Assembly (NCBI GenBank): GCA_028534125.1
Contig: CM052842.1
Location: 3,472,001-3,536,000, forward strand
Length of the DNA stretch: 64,000 nucleotides
Direction of reading: 5' to 3'
DNA from: Lama glama
Taxonomy: Eukaryota
Shown in pieces: positions 62,791 to 64,000 of this stretch; the stretch's first letter is position 1, and every line of letters starts with the position of its first letter. The position numbers and the translations under genes were made by a program. The notes below the pieces were generated by a model that was not told where the DNA came from, made no database searches, and saw nothing but the letters and a program-made list of their open reading frames with translations.

Positions 62791-63711
62791 GCCTGTGTTT
62801 CGTAACTGAAGTCCGATGGGACGAGGGAACGTGTGCGTCAGTAGAGGAGGTTGGTGCAACATGTGTGTCCACTGTCTGTGCCACCCCAGAGGCACAGCAC
62901 GACGGCGATGCCCCATGAGCACAGAATTCCGGTGGGCCCCCCACAGAGACCTCAGTGAGACTCAAAGGCAGCACAGGGAGAGCATGTTCCACCTCCAGCT
63001 GAGTCGCCGGGCACTGGCAGCCCTGAGAAGCCGTGCTTTGCACTGGGACCAGGACTTGCTCGGAACAGCCAAGAAGGCAGTGGCGCTCTAGGACACGGGG
63101 AGAACCAGCAAACCCAGCAGGTCCTCTTATTCGAGTTACTTTCCTCTATCAGTCAACCACTGGCACCGAGAACGCGGACGTGGACGGAAAGGGAAAGACA
63201 AGGCAATCCATAGCTGCCTTTCCTTCCATCCCTTCCTAACCCACCATAATCCTTCCTAACCCATCAGTGAATCAAAACTAAAGTGCTTTAAATGTGTGCA
63301 CAGCAAGGAGTGAAAATGAAAACGTGTGTTTCATGCAGGGTTTTCATTACACGAGAAGAGTCATTACGTGAGAAGAGTCACACGTGCATGGAGGAGAATC
63401 GTGCAGCACAAACTGTGAAACTTTTGTTGATTCTGCATCTGAGTTAAATGCTCTGATACTTGCATTTAAAACTAGCATTGCGCATTACCAAAAAGGAGTA
63501 AAATTCATGCTAATAACTTTCAATTTTAGTTTTTTCTTTACCTAGAATGACATTCAAAAGCAAGTAAAAAACACCATAACGTGGCAGGAGGAATCTCAAA
63601 GGGAAAAAAGCTTAATTTTAGTATGTTTACAGGCACTTTTTCCAGTTTTTTTTTTAAACAAGGAGCCCCATGGTTTTCGTACTGGGCCCTGATAATGACG
63701 TAGCTGGCCTG
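62791..63711 (+). mobile_element. MER45B-like hAT-Tip100 element lacking its left terminus
   Basis: tgaagtccgatgggac...gcgatgccccatgagcacagaattccggtgg...gagttaaatgctct..tttaaaact...aacaaggagcccc...tgggccctg..gtagctggcctg. Confidence 0.88.
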
Positions 63712-64000
63712 CTACTGGCACAAATAGGGGGTCAGATTAGAAGATTCCACTTGAATTATTTATAGTTCTAGGACTTTTAGTCACTAAACATCTCATACAA
63801 CTTGCACGGAATGCTAATTATTTCAAGCTGAAGTACAAATGTAGGTATGGTGCGAGTGTTCAGTTTAACCTCACGCATCCTGGAATCTTCTTACCCTTGA
63901 CCCCACCTCCATGGATCCCCAGTTCTGATTCATTCTACCCTAGTACCGCTCCAAGCCAGCTACATGTTTCCACTGCCCCGGCCGCTGTCTACGATGAGGT

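Noticed and set aside
1-64000. A novel multi-gene system, operon or CRISPR-like array
   Set aside because: The sequence is mammalian and repeat-rich, with no regularly spaced repeat array and no credible host coding region.

Overview
Non-coding mammalian genomic DNA, almost certainly camelid (camel/alpaca/llama). The evidence is a tRNA-derived Vic-1-type SINE at ~56.2 kb and matching young L1 3' ends. It is a draft scaffold with three N gaps. I found no host protein-coding exon, RNA gene or CRISPR array, and the ORF track is mostly GC-driven noise. The only ORFs with real homology are transposon relics: an L1 ORF2 C-terminus and ERV-L protease/RT/integrase remnants. The window looks like a GC-rich gene desert or large intron, dense in old repeats (L1M, L2, MIR, MaLR/ERV-L, hAT and Tigger MITEs), with several repeat-free, motif-dense blocks that look like developmental enhancers. 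Most notable observations: (1) focal AT->GC rewriting of ancient repeats into CpG-island-like sequence, as expected from GC-biased gene conversion; (2) two decayed ERV-L (LTR16/ERV3-16A3-like) proviruses; (3) an L1 split into inverted halves around ~350 bp of foreign DNA; (4) a perfect 95-bp direct repeat whose flanks suggest a circularly permuted or mis-ordered segment; (5) a small CpG island with back-to-back divergent splice donors. I see no support for a wholly new biological system. Repeat family names come from my recollection of consensus sequences, not from a RepeatMasker run, and most repeat boundaries are approximate.
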